Of a stretch of DNA of 64,000 nucleotides, positions 36,401 to 51,400 are shown piece after piece (the first letter of the stretch is position 1; every line of letters begins with the position of its first letter). Made by a program: the position numbers and the translations under genes. Under the pieces are notes generated by a model. It did not search any database. It had not been told where the DNA came from and saw nothing but the letters and a program-made list of their open reading frames with translations. The stretch is taken from the IMG/VR virus record IMGVR_UViG_3300043803_000118, positions 6,480 to 70,479 of that record, one strand, 5' to 3'. This DNA is from a virus. Its lineage: Duplodnaviria > Caudoviricetes.

Positions 36401-39400
36401 TTAGGATCGACTTCTACTGTCACTTGGCAATCATTGGGTGCAATACAAGATCAAGATGGTGGATTTGAAATAGGTGTAGAATATATCATAACAGATTTGG
36501 GTACCACTACACAGGCTAATTGGAATTTTATCGCTGGTACTACTACTACCCCAGTCTCATATTCGGTGGGCAATAAATTTACAGCAAAACAATCAGGTAC
36601 AGGTACCGGCAACGGTACTGCGCTCAAAGTATTGTTCCAAACATCACTTGCCGGTGTATTGAATTCTGATGAACTTGCATCTGGTCAAATGTATACGATC
36701 ACTTCATTGGGTACCACTCAGTGGAATAATATAGGCTATGTCGGTACTCCTATAATAGGTGGCACATTTACTGCTAGCGGCCCTGCTATTGGTACGGGTA
36801 CTGCTATACAGGGTAACGGAACTGTAAAACAAAAAACTACCACGACAGTAACTATCGATCCAGATCATGTCACGGGCACATTTAGTCAAGGTCAATGGAT
36901 AAATGATCTAAGATTGAATAATCCAAGCGCGTTGCCTATAGGTACTAGAATACTTTCTATAGAAAATACAGATCCTTATCAGATGACTGTATACTGGCCT
37001 ATACCATCTAACAACATAGTTTCGGCAGTGACCAGTGCATCATTTGTAGCAAGCACAAAAGACAATACTGATTTATTGTTGTTTCCCGGCGCTAGAGTTG
37101 TGTTCGCAGCAGATGAAAACCTATTGATAAGAAACAAGATTTATGTTGTGGGCTTCAACAACACTGGATCAGAATCATATCCAGTCATCACATTGACTGA
37201 AGCAGAAGACGGCTTAGTTTTAGAAAACGACATGTTCAGCGTTGAGAAAGGTTTCTCTAATAAAGGAAAAACTTTCTATTTCGATAGTGATGAATATAAG
37301 CAAGCACAACAGAAACAAACAGTTAACCAAGCACCGTTATTTGATATCTTTGATGAAAACGGCATAAGTTATGGTGATGAAACTGTCTACAACAGTTCGT
37401 CATTTACTGGATGTAAACTGTTTAATTACAAGATCAGTGAAGGTATAAATGACACTATTCTAGGATTCCCTATCAGTTTTAGTTCTATTAACAACGTAGG
37501 TGATATCTCATTTGAAGTGTCATTATATACACAGCAATTTGATTATATCGACAATGGAAGCTCAGTCACTTCATATGTAAATAATGGATTTGTTTATGAT
37601 TACAATACCAGAGATGAATATGATAGATTGATCGGCTGGCAGACAGCAGTAGCACCAAGTACACAGTATCAAGTATTTCAATTTGAATATGTTGCGAATG
37701 ATCCTGCATTAGTCTTAGAGCCAGAACAGACTTTTGATTATGTAGTGACTGTAGACGTACCGCAATTAAGTGTTGATACAACGATATGGCCTAGCCTCGA
37801 AGTTTACAACAACAATAATATATTGACATTGGGTACAGATTATACTGTAGAAAACAAGATCGATTCTACAGTGATCACTATCAAGTTGTCTGAAGATATA
37901 GACACACCTATTGAAGTGTTGATATTGAGTAACAAGGTAAGTGCAGATGCTTATTACACTATACCTATCAACTTAAGCAACAACCCATTCAATAGCAATC
38001 CAGATAATGTAGACATCGGTGACATACGCGGTCATTATCAAACTATTTTTGATAATAATCCAGACACATCAGGCGTGATGTTTGGTTCTAACAATTATCG
38101 CGATCTAGGTAACATGGTACCATGGGGCAATAGAATCATACAGAATAGCGCAAGCCTTGTATTGCCCGGCGCATTCTTGCGTAACCCAAGACATAACTTA
38201 TTTGATTCTCTATTATTCAACAGCAGAGAATATATCAAGTTCAAGACATTATTAGTCGATACCACAGACAAACTTAACATTCAGCAAAAATATGATCCGG
38301 CGCTTATACTTGATCTAGCATTGGATACTATAACTTCAGTCAAGAGCCAAGACCAACCATTCTTCTGGTCTGACATGATACCTAACAAGGCACCATATAT
38401 CAGTCAGACATATAACTTTAATAATCAAGCAGAGACTAGTGTATTTCCATTAAGCAAGATTTACGATTTTAGTACTGCTAACTATGATGGTGTTCTAGTT
38501 TATCTACAAAGAAAGATACAGGGCATCGTAGTTACTAAGCAATTAGTAAGAGGCACAGATTATGTAGTAAGCATAGATAGTCCTAGCGTGACAGTCAACG
38601 TGTTTTTACAAACCAATGATAAAATCATAGTCAAAGAATATAATCAAACTTATGGTTCTTATATCCCCAACACTCCAACTAAGTTGGGTCTATATCCATT
38701 ATATCTACCTTCAGTAGTATTGGATAATACATACATAGAACCTACTTATTTCATACAGGGTCATGATGGCTCATATAATAAACTATATGGTGATTATAAT
38801 GAAACTCTAGGAATGTTAGTAGACTTCAGAGATCAAGTGTTATTAGAGTTTGAGACTAGAGTTTATAATAACATCAAACTAAGTAGAACATTACCTATCG
38901 AAACTGCTGAAATCGTTCCGGGTTATTTCCGCGACACAGCATTATCATATGTTGAATTCACAGAAATATATAGTAAGAATTTCTTAGATTGGATCGGTCA
39001 AAATAGACTTGATTACAAAACACAATTATATAACGCTAACGATCCTTATACATACAACTACAGAGACAGTAGTTTAAAATTAGATAATAGCACAGTGTTG
39101 CAAGGATATTGGAGAGGTATATACGAATACTTGTATGATACTTCTACACCAAATTTGACACCGTGGGATATGATCGGTTATGCAAATAAGCCTGTCTGGT
39201 GGGAAGATCGTTATGGTCCTGCCCCATACACAAGCAATAACTTAATTTTGTGGACTGACCTACAAAACGGTATTGATTACAATGGCGGTCAACCAGTAGT
39301 AAGAACACTATATAAGAGACCGGGATTGCTAGAGATAATTCCTGTTGATAGTCAAGGAGAACTAAGACAACCAATAGATGCAGTCATAGGTAACTACAAC

Positions 39401-42400
39401 CAACTGACATTTAAGCGCGACTGGAGAGTAGGTGATGACGCACCTGTAGAATATTCATATCGTAAGAGTTCTACATATCCTTTCGATCTAATGAGACTTG
39501 AGGCATTATTGAAGCCAGCAGCATTCTTTAATTTGGGTGCTGACTTAGACAACTACAAATATAACGCTGAGTTCAATCAATTCTTGGTCAATGAAAGAAA
39601 TCACTTAGTACCAGCCAACATAGAAATTTATGGTAATGGTACTGCCAAGACAAGTTATATCAACTGGGTAGTTGACTACGAAAAACAATTGGGCGTTGAT
39701 GCTACTAAGAATATCAAAGAATTGCTAACTAATCTTGATGTAAGATTGGTATATCGTTTAGCAGGTTTTAGCGACAAGACACTATTGAAGTTTTTCGTTG
39801 AGAAGGGAACACCTGAGTCACGTAATAGTTCATTGTTGATTCCTGACGAAAGTTATCAGATTCTACTATATCAGAATCAACCTATGACTAAGTTGATATA
39901 TTCTGGTGTTGTAGTACAAAAAATGCAAGAGGGTTATGCTGTGTTCGGCAACAGCCAGACTACAGCATTCTTTAAAATATTGAAGCCTATATTGAACGGT
40001 CCTAAGAAAAGAGTCACTGTTCAAGATGCAACGGTAAATGTAGCAGACAATTATTCTAGCGAAGAAGAGATCGTGCCATATGGTACAATCTATTACAGTC
40101 TGCAAGATGTAAGCCAATTCTTGATGAGTTATGGTGCTTGGCTAACAGCCAATGGAGCAGTGTTTGATGATCAGATACAAAACGTTGCTATCACTTGGAA
40201 TCAAATGGTAGCAGAATTCTTGTATTGGACACAAACTGGATTTATCGACGGTAGCATTATCACATTGAATCCTTCTGCTAGAAAGTTGACTATCGATAAA
40301 GAAAGTCAAGTTGTCCAGCCATTGACATATGATAACAGTAATTTTGTATTGAACAATAATATGTATCCAATACAAAATAAAGATTTGAGCATTTTCAGAG
40401 ATGGTACTAGATTTAGCATATCACCATTAAATGAAGGTGATGCAGTATCATATGGTCAATTTAGTTTGAGCAATATTGAACATGCGGTCGTATTTCAAAA
40501 TGAGACATTGTTCAACGACACTATCTACAACTTGGAATCTGGATTGAAACAAAATCGTATCTATGTTCGCGGCACTAAGAGCGGTGAATGGAACGGTACA
40601 TTGTTCGCATCAGGATTCATCTATAATCAAGATAACATACAAGAGTGGGTACCCGGATTAAAATATACTAAGGGTGCCATCATCAAGTACAAGAACAAAT
40701 ACTTCACAGCATTGAAGATAGTACAACCAAATCTAAAATTCAAAGAAGATGAATGGAAAGAAACTGACTACGATGAAGTTCAAAAAGGATTGCTACCTAA
40801 CAGTAGCACACGTAGTTATGAAAGCGCATTGTACTATAATGCAAATAAAGCAAACCTAGAACAAGATGCAGACTTGTTGAGTTTTAGTTTGATAGGATTC
40901 AGACCACGTGAGTACATGGCAAGCGCAGACTTGACAGATATCACACAGGTAAATGTTTACAAAAATCTAATCAGAGAAAAAGGAACATTGAATGCAGTGA
41001 AGGCATTCAAGGGTGCAAACTTACCGCAAGGCGGAATCGATTATGATGTCTATGAAAACTGGGCTATAATGCAAGGCACGTTCGGCGGTACGTTGAACGA
41101 TAACTTTGTTCAGTTCAGATTAAAAGAATCTAATCTCTCAAACAACCCGTCTATTGTAGGTATCACTGACGGCAATGATATAGAAGGTGCACAACAATTA
41201 GTACCGTTATATTCATTGTTTAATTACGGCAGACCTGTCACCGATCCTAATATACTACCTGAAGTAACTTCAGACATTCCTAGCGCAACATTCCCTACAG
41301 CGGGATATGTAAACGTAAACGATGTTAAGATGTCAGCATATTTCTATAGCAATCTACCAACTGCTGTGGGTAAAGACGGTCTAACTGTATCGTTATCACA
41401 ACTTAATGTCGGCGATTATGTATGGCTTGCTGACTATAAAGCAAGTTGGCAGATAATGACACCATCTAGCGTCGGTAGAGTATTGTTAGTTCGCAACAAT
41501 TTAAACGGGACTAGCACAGTTCGATTTGCCGATAATCATAACTTGAATCGTTATGATATATTTGCTATCATCAATTTTGACGGCTCAGTAAACGGTTACT
41601 ATGTAGCAAATAATATTATTGGTCCTAAAGAAGTATTGATAACGTTGACGTTATCTCCTAGCGTGAGAGCGGTTGTAGGTGAAGGGGCAGCATTGAGATT
41701 CGCCTCACAAAGAGTTACTAAGCCCGGCAATGTACAAAATCTACCGTTATTGAACAATGAATTCACAAAGAATACAGTTTGGGTAGATGAGAATAATGAC
41801 GGAGGTTGGGCAGTATATCGCAAGAACATAAACTTTAAATATCAGCGAGAATTCACAAAAGAAAATAGTCAGAAGTTTGGTTCCGCGGTAGCGTACACTC
41901 CACTCATAGATTATTTGTTTAGTGATCCTAACTTGGGTAAGGTATATCGTTATCAGTTTGATGCAACCACTGGTGATTATGATCTTGATGAGATATTGTC
42001 CGGGGTCACAACTTTCGGTACTACTATAGTTCATGAGCAGAACATAGTAGCAATCTCACAACCAGAGAACACACCTAAAGTTTCATTGTATACTGTAAAC
42101 GATACAAGAGTCACTGATAACATCATATTATATCAAGAAATATTAGCATCAAGCATAGGTGCTTCTATAACTAATTTCGGTAAGGGATTGGCACTGTCAG
42201 GTGATACTAATTGGTTGTTCATAAGCGACTACAATGAAAATCCTATAGGCACAAGAAACAAAGTACATGTATTGCGCAAGAGAAATCAGATCATCGATGT
42301 AGATAATACCACTGTTCTTGACGCCGCGGCGACATATCAGATACTTGATCCTGGCACAGTTAATTGGGTTGATCTAGCACTTGAACCTATCGCTAATGAA

Positions 42401-45400
42401 ACAGGCATATACCTTAAGTGGGACGGAACGACAACACCGACAGGCGAGGGCACGGCTATACGTTGCGATTATCAATATGTCGCTACTATTGACGGGGACG
42501 CTACAATAGATAGATTTGGTTATTCATTGTCCACTAATAATGATGGCACTATACTAGTCGTAGGTGCACCAAGCAAAGATTTAGATGTGGTGAATCAAGG
42601 TCGTTCATATGTATACAATAGATTAGTACAGAATTATGAAGTACCCATAGGAACAACAGCCCCGTTGACATTCACACTAGCATGGAGCCCTACTGTAGGG
42701 TTACCACTGACAGTTTCTAAAAATGGAATCGTTATAGATCCTAGCGATTATTCGTTCTCCGGAACTACGTTTATTTTTACCGGCACTTATGCAGTAGGTG
42801 ATATCATCACAGTAAGTGGCAATCAGTTCGTCAAAATACAAGAGATGAATGTCTCAGAAGACAATACTAGAATAGGCCCGCAGTTTGGACATTGTGTCGA
42901 TAGCAACACCTTTGCTACTGAAATATTAATAGGTGCTCCTTTCTATATTAGTTCTATTAATTCGGAAGGATCAGTGACTAGATATACCAACGGGTCTGCA
43001 AGATTCGGAACAATCACTAGCACTTCAGATGTAAACGTAACGACTACTAGACAATTATTGATAAATGGTTACTTAGTAAGCATACCAGCCGGCAATGCGA
43101 GTGCGGCCGCATCGGCTATCAATAATGCTACGATCACAAATGTAGTTGCATCTGCGAACGGTTCTAAATTAACCATTAGCCTAATTAATTCTAATCTAGC
43201 ATTAAGCAATCAAGAATTATTGATATCAGTGACAAACAATGTTACATTGTCTGAGTTAGGGTTTCAACTCTATGCTAAGACACAGACCATACTCAATCCG
43301 CACTTGACCGGACCTAGCCAGTTCGGCACTGTGATCAAGTTTAACGAACACAATAGCGTAGCAATTAGCGCACCATCTGGTACTCGTTATGCGCTAACTA
43401 CTTTTGATTTTATTGATGATGAAAATTATCAAAATGATACAATCTTTGATAATAATTCAACACAATTCTTAGACTCATTTGCAAACGCAGGTGCTGTATA
43501 CGCATATGACTATCTAAGTAACTATAATGAATCGCTATTGAACATAGGTAATTACACTTATGCTCAAAGCGTAAATGATACTAGCCTAGATTATGGTGCT
43601 CAACCTAGATACGGTTCTGCTCTAGATTGGTCTGCTGGAAGAATTGTTATAGGATCTCCTGACTATAGACCAGAAGACCTAGACGGACAAGTAGTGATAT
43701 ATGATAACACATTAGGTACTACAAACTGGATAGTTTTGAGACAGACTAGCCCTGTCGTTGACATCGACAAGGTTTATAATGTACAACTGTTCAGCGCAGA
43801 GACTAACAATACACTCAGCAATTTAGATTACATGGATCCATTGCAGGGTAAATTATTAGGAGCGATCAGACAAAATATAGATGTAATATCTAATATCGAT
43901 CCTGCAGGTTATAACAACTCAGCCGCTACTGCAACACTAGTATGGGGCGAAGCACAATTAGGAACTATATGGTTCGACACATCAAATATACGTTATGTCG
44001 ATTATCATCAAAACGACAACAGTTATAACGCACGTTATTGGGGCTCATTATTCCCAGGCAGCGATGTTGCAGTATACAGTTGGGTAGGCAGTACTGTGCA
44101 GCCTTCTGCATATACTGGCCCAGGAACTCCTAAAGATATCTCTAGTTATACTGTACAAACAGTATTGAATAGTTCAAATACTATAGTACCTGTATATTAT
44201 TTCTGGGTAAGAAACACAGGCATCATTTACAATGGTAAGTCATTATCTGATATAAACATAACGCAATATTTGATCAATCCAAAATCATCCGGTATCAGTT
44301 ATATGGCACCAGTCAGACCTGATGCAGTAGCATTGTATAACGTAAAGCCATTCTTAAATTCTAATGATACTGTATTGCAATTAGGCTATAGCACCGGTAG
44401 CCAAGACAATCCTGCGCATCAACAGTTTACATTGATTCGTCAAGATTTCCCCGATGATTTCTTGCCCGGTGTTCCCGGAACAAGAGGGTATGTCACACCT
44501 CAAACATTATACGATAGACTGTTAGATAGTATGAGCGGTGTTGACGAGACTGGTGCTGTGGTGCCAGATCCGTTCTTACCAAAAGCAGTTCAATCAGGCG
44601 TATTAGCAAGACCAAGACAAAGTTTCTTCTATAATCGCTATAAAGCGATACAGAATTATCTACAATATGCCAATACTATCATGGCATTGTATCCTATATC
44701 TGAGATTAGATCATTCAACTTCTTGAATACCTCAGGAAGATATTATGATACTACAGACTATTGGGAAAACATCAACTGGTGGGCACCTGGCTACGATAAC
44801 AACACTAAGGCAGTATTACAGGTTCAAGTGTATGCTGACCTGTCTACATTGGAAGTCTCTATAGGAACTATAGTAACTGTAGCACAAAACAGCAATGGAT
44901 CTGCTGAAACATATCGTTATGACGGTGAAGGCGTATGGACTAGAATTGGATTACAGAACGGTACTATCAGATTCAAAGATGAATTATATGATTATTCTGC
45001 GGCTGGATATGGTTTCGGCGGCACGTTCTATGATACAGATAGTTTCGATGTGTTCCCGAGCGAAGAAACACGTTGGATCATACGTGCATTGAACGAGCAG
45101 ATTTATACTAGTGAATTATTGATATACAGAAACAAGAGTTTGATACTATTGTTTGAGTATATCCAAGAAGAGACTATAGAAAATCAAAACTACTTGCCAT
45201 GGTTGAATAAGACATCATTGATTGATGTATCACACAAAGTTCGCGAACTGAGAGAATTAAAGAATTTCGTCAGCGATAACGAACAGTTCCTAGAAGGTTA
45301 TATCAATGAGACTAAACCTTATCACGTAGTGATCAAAGAATTCTCATTCGACTATGAAAGAACTGATGTATATCCAGGCACATTGACTGACTTTGATCTA

Positions 45401-48400
45401 CCTGCAACTTATGATACCAATATCGATAAGTTCGTCAGTCCGGAACTCGTATACAGCAATCCAAATACAGATTATGAGTTTTTACCAGATGATTCAGTAT
45501 GGACTAACGAAAAATATACTGAATGGTTTAACAACTATGGTGTCAGTTTAACAGGTCAAGAAAACTATCATATAGCAAAACTTGAATCATACTTGACATT
45601 ATCAAGTCAGAATATGATCGTAGATAATCCACAAGGATTCCCAGTTAACGGTACTGTGATTATCGGTGAAGAAAAAATAAGTTATGCTAACGTAGATAGA
45701 GGCACGGGATTGATCACTGGTTTGACTAGAGGTGTAGACCAAACTACAATCACTGATCATCTACCAGGCGCACAAATACGTATAGATTTGCCAGGAGTCT
45801 TAGTATTAGACACAGGTAGAAACTATGCCAACCCACCAAGAATCTTAGCGTCTATTGATACTACGATATATCCAGAACCTAAACAAGAGGCTGTGCTTGA
45901 AGCAGTGATGAGTCTAGGTAGCGTTGTGGCAATTAATGTCATTGATCCGGGTCAAGGTTATGCTGTGACGCCAGAGATCGTGATAGATCCTGCTGAGAGA
46001 TTCTCATTCAATAGCAGTAACGTTAGTGTTGCTAACAATACTATCGATATCTATGCACCAATATTGGTGACAGGTGATCTAGTTCGTTATGTTGAAGGCA
46101 CAGAAAACGTAGGTGGATTAGCAAACAAACAATACTATTATATCAACGTGTTGAGTTCAAGTCCTACAACTACATTAGCATTGTATACAACATATGCTGA
46201 TGCGTTGAACGATAATAATCGCGTAAAATTCTTGACTCAAGGTACAGGAACTCAAAACTTTGAGTTTGGTGCTAGAGCAGTACCTATCACATCAAGCACT
46301 CCGATCAGAGAAAACAATATCACGTTGCGTTTCGACAGAACAACATACAATACACAAGTATCTGACTGGACTGCTAACACTTTCTATGGTTCTGAATTCG
46401 TCAGTTATACATTAGAAGGTGCAAGTAGTGAGGTGTCATTGGCATCCGTTCAACCTGATATCAACAGAATATTATCAAGCGCACAGGGAACTGCATTTCC
46501 TATAGTGAACATAACTAATGATAGAGATATAGAATGGTCGTCATTTGAGAGATCAATCGACTATATCGTATCTAATAATGAAATTAAGTTAGTATATACT
46601 AGTAGCCCCGGAGACGAAAACCCATCTGGATCTACTGTAGGTTTCACTATTGGTATGCCAGTAAAATTCACTGGTGTCACTGGCCCGCAGATCATAGCAG
46701 GTCAGACATACTATATTTCTGAAATCGTAAGTCTTAGCGGATTCAAGATTAGTTTGACACAGGGCGGTAGCACACTAGCATTGACCCCGAACTCATACTT
46801 AGATATGAAGATGTTCACAGCGCAAGTCATAGATACTGCTGAGATCACTACAATATATTCAGGTTACAGAAATGTAACAGCAACTACTCAAAGCAACGAT
46901 GCAGTCAAAGTAGAATTGACTGCTATAGGTACCGGTGGAACTAACGGGCTATACACAAACTTGCCGGTATACTTCACAGGAACAATATTCGGTGGACTAG
47001 AAGCAGACAAGATTTATTACGTAGTCTCAGTACTGGGCAGTGAACTATTCACGTTGTCAGAAACCCCTGATCCGGCTACAGTACGTGTGTTAGAGATGAA
47101 TGCGGCAAGCCAGATAATAGTACAAAACACAAATGGTTTAGAAGTCAATGATCCTATCGTATTCGATAGTATGTCAATTAATGGCGAAGCAGTAGATACA
47201 TTTGGAAACATACAACGACAAGTGATATACTATATTAAGAGTATAGGTATCAACGTGATCACTATAAGCACCACACCAGGCGGTAGCACATTCAACACGG
47301 GTGTTGTTGCTCCGGCAAATGGCAATTATTGTTTCATCACTAGTCAGGCTAGTGTTAAGCAGTTGACCAACGCTACAGGTAGTTGCACTATGGTAGTGTC
47401 ATTACCAGTAAGCCCGGGCCAAGTCGACGGACAGAAATTTACTTTCTATCCTACATCACAGCACTATGCAGATATCACAGCACCTAACTTGACATATGGT
47501 AATCTTTTACAAAAGAACATTGAACAAACATTATCGGATAATGATGTAGCGTTCTCATCAAACAGAACAGGTTTATATACCGGATTCCCATTCACTGTGT
47601 CAGCAACAGTAGGAGCAAATATTCCTAGCAACATCGGTGGACTACAATCAGGCAAAACATATTATGCATACGACATAGGAAATGTAGAAATAGTATGTCA
47701 ATCATCTACTTCTTCAACGCTAGTCTACAATGCATCATTCACTGGAACTACGATGAATGTCACATCTATCACTAGTGGTTCAGGTGTGTTGTATCCAGGC
47801 ACATTAGTGACTGGTACCGGTGTTCAAACAAATACCTATATCAAGAGTTACATAAGCGGCACAGGTGGAGTAGGAACATATGAAATAAGCAAAGATTATT
47901 TCGTTCCAGTAGTAACTACCGACACAACATCTGTGACTGGTATATTAACAGTAGCAACTGATTACAATACTAACATGATCTATGAGGGAATGCCTATAGT
48001 GTTCTCATTGATACCGTTGGGCGGTATAGTATCAGGATTCACTTACTATGTTAGACATATCATAAGCGGTACACGATTTACTGTAAGCCAAGTTAAAGAC
48101 GAAGCATCTATATCACTGACAGTTAGCAATGGAACTATGTTGGGTACAGGTAGCCCTTCATTGAAGGCATACTTACCACTAGGATCATTGACGACTGGCT
48201 ACAAGTACGTAATACGTGATGTGGGTGATGGCACACCATCGACCGCTTGGTCAACTATAGGTGCCACATATATAAACAACGTAGCGACATTGACTCCGGG
48301 TCAAAAAATCATCATTTATACTACAGGAACTACTAACTGGAACATCATAGCCGGAACTACCGGAGTTACATACAATGTCAATGATATCCTCACAGTAGAA

Positions 48401-51400
48401 AATCCCGGTATATTGACGGTAGGAGCAGGTACTGCATTTATAGCGGAATTCACAGCCACAGGCACCGGGTCGTTGACTGATGCAGGTAGTGCTACAGTAG
48501 TCTTGGCAGCATCTGGCGATACTGCTACATTAGATCAAGAAATAATCGCAGATCCTACATTTGATGTTGGATATATACTGGGCGGTTATAGTGTTGTTAT
48601 AAACAACGGTGGTCTAGGATTCACACAAAATAACACTATCACTATACCGGGAACATTATTGGGCGGTACTACACCTGATAATGATTTGACACTAACGGTA
48701 TCAAGAATCAATGCGATAGAAGCGGGTGCGTTTAGTTGGTCATTACCAAGAGAGAGTGACGGAGAGATCACAAAAGTTATAGAGTCCGGAACACCGATCG
48801 GTACTGCTACAAACTATTTCTTGAAAGTAACCGGCACTAATACTTTCAAGGTATACAGCGACCCATTGATGCAACTACCAGTAAGCGGAATCAATTTCCC
48901 GTATCAAGGATTCACACAGAAAAACGTGACGCAGATATCTGCTACTAGTATAACAATGAGTAACGTTACTGGTTTAGCAGTGAATGATAATATAGTATTC
49001 ACTAACTTACCTACAGGGTTGAGCATAGTAGAAGGGCAAACTTATTATGTTCGTTCTATAATAAGCAATAACATTACCATAGCGACAGAACCAGGTGGTA
49101 CAGCGATAACAGTGGGTACAGCAGGCCCGTTCACTACAAATTATCCTGTAGCGACTAAGCCAGGGTCATTCATGTTGCTACCAGAACCGTTCGCATTCAC
49201 TCCAAGTATAGTTAAGTATAACAATCGTGTTTGGATGTGTATTGTTTCTAATAACGATGACGAGTTTGTGTTTGGTAAATGGGAACAATTGAATAGCGGT
49301 GATCGCAGATTGAATGCATTAGATCGTGCTAAGGGTTACTACGATCCTGATGTGAACATGCCCGGTACAGACTTGACACAATTGTTCACTGGATTGACAT
49401 ATCCTAACACTACTTACAAGGGTAACGCATTCGAACCTGATCAGCAGTATCCGATAGATACTAGATTAGTAGATACACCATTTGATCCTACTCAGGTTAA
49501 TGTTCCTGCTATTGAATGGGATGGACAAAATTACATCGCTCCTGCAAACTTACCTAACTATGCGGCAGTAATCGCAGATATTGAAATACAAGATGAGTGG
49601 TTGCTATCAACATTAGCAAATCAAACATTGTCGTTGACCGATATCACTAAGGGTGATGACGTTTACTTGATGACATCAGCCAACTCACCGACTCCGTTAT
49701 TTAAGAGCGTAGATAAAGTACGTTGGAGCACTAATGGATTTGTAGTACCTATAGGTACACCTCCCGAATCAGCAGACTTCTTCAAAGTAAGATTGATCGC
49801 GGCGGGCATACCATTGAATGCTGTCACATATCATGATGGCTTGTATGTGGCTGTAGGTAAGAGCATACTTACAAGCACAGATACTACGATGTGGTATGAG
49901 AGATTTAGATTCCCGATATTTGACCAATTTAGAGATTTGTTTGATGTTTCTTACGTAGAGACTACTGCATTCTCTGGTTATATCGCAGTAGGTGTAGACT
50001 TGCTCAATGACGCATTGATATTAAGAAGCACAGACGGAGAGTTTTGGACTAGAGTTACAGGATTGAACGATAGAACTCTAAAGGGAGTGGCATCTGGATT
50101 CAATACGATTTATGTAGTGGGAACTAGTGCTGGATTGTTAACTAGCCCAGACGGAGTAGTTTGGCAGCAAGTATCATTGCCAGGTTCACCTAGCGACTTC
50201 AATGCGGTCACGTTCGCAGATAATACATTGGTTATAGTCGGCAATGGTGGCCGTGTATATGTATCTACAGACGGCGTGAACTTCACACAGAAATTTACAG
50301 GCACACCACAAAATCTAAACGATGTGATGTATGTTGAAGAAAGAGATCAATGGACTATTGTTGGAAATAATAATACGATATTACAAACTCAAAATATCGC
50401 AGCCAACCCGGTTACATGGGATATCACTCAGGTGTTCTCAAGCCCTGATCCTGACTATACTGTGCAAGGTGATCCATTCTTAAGCGGCTACGGTCCAGAA
50501 GAAATGGTGCCCGGCATCGTATCTGATCAATTAACTATGATTGTTAATACAAGAGCAGGAACAACTTGGCCAGCAACTGAGTATGCGCACGTGGGTTACA
50601 ATGTTGTATCTACTGAGTATACTATAGACACTGTTACAAACAAATATAGTTTTAACGGTATCGTTCAAGACCCCGCATACATCAATGTGTTCTTAGTTAA
50701 CAACGGTACTAGCAGAACATTGTATTCTGGCTTGAACTCACCTAACTTGACATATACTGTAGACTGGGTCAATAAGACAGTCTCATTAGGAAATTATGTT
50801 TTCGCAACAGGTGATACATTACGTATCGATGTATACGAAGTAGGTAATGGCGATCAGTTGGTCAAGTCAAGCACATATGATGATCCTATCGAACTTAACT
50901 TAACTACTGGATTCAGCGAGATCGCATTAGACTGCAACTATAACAACGTTGGATATAGTAGCGGCGGCATCGTGTTACCAAATACTTCAGGTGAACTATA
51001 TGCTAAACCAGCAGTATTCCATAATGGTGTATTGCTCAACTCAGGTTTGACAAATTATGTATTGTCAACTCAAGCATCGACACATTATATCACAACTTAC
51101 TCTACACAAGGTTTACTAGTAGATCAGCCTATCGTGTTTAGCGATACTATATTTGGTGGCATAACACCTAACACAACATATTATGTTCGTGGGATAATCA
51201 ATGCTACACAATTCACTATCAAAGATGCAGCGGGAGATCCTATATATCTAACTACCGCTAGCGGTTCTGCAATATTCGTGACTAATGATTTTGCAGTAGG
51301 TATCGCAAACAACCAGATCAATGCTAAAGTGATATTTGCTAAGAATTATAGTAAAGTGACAGATTATCTATCATACTCATTCTTTGGTCCTTCAGAGCCG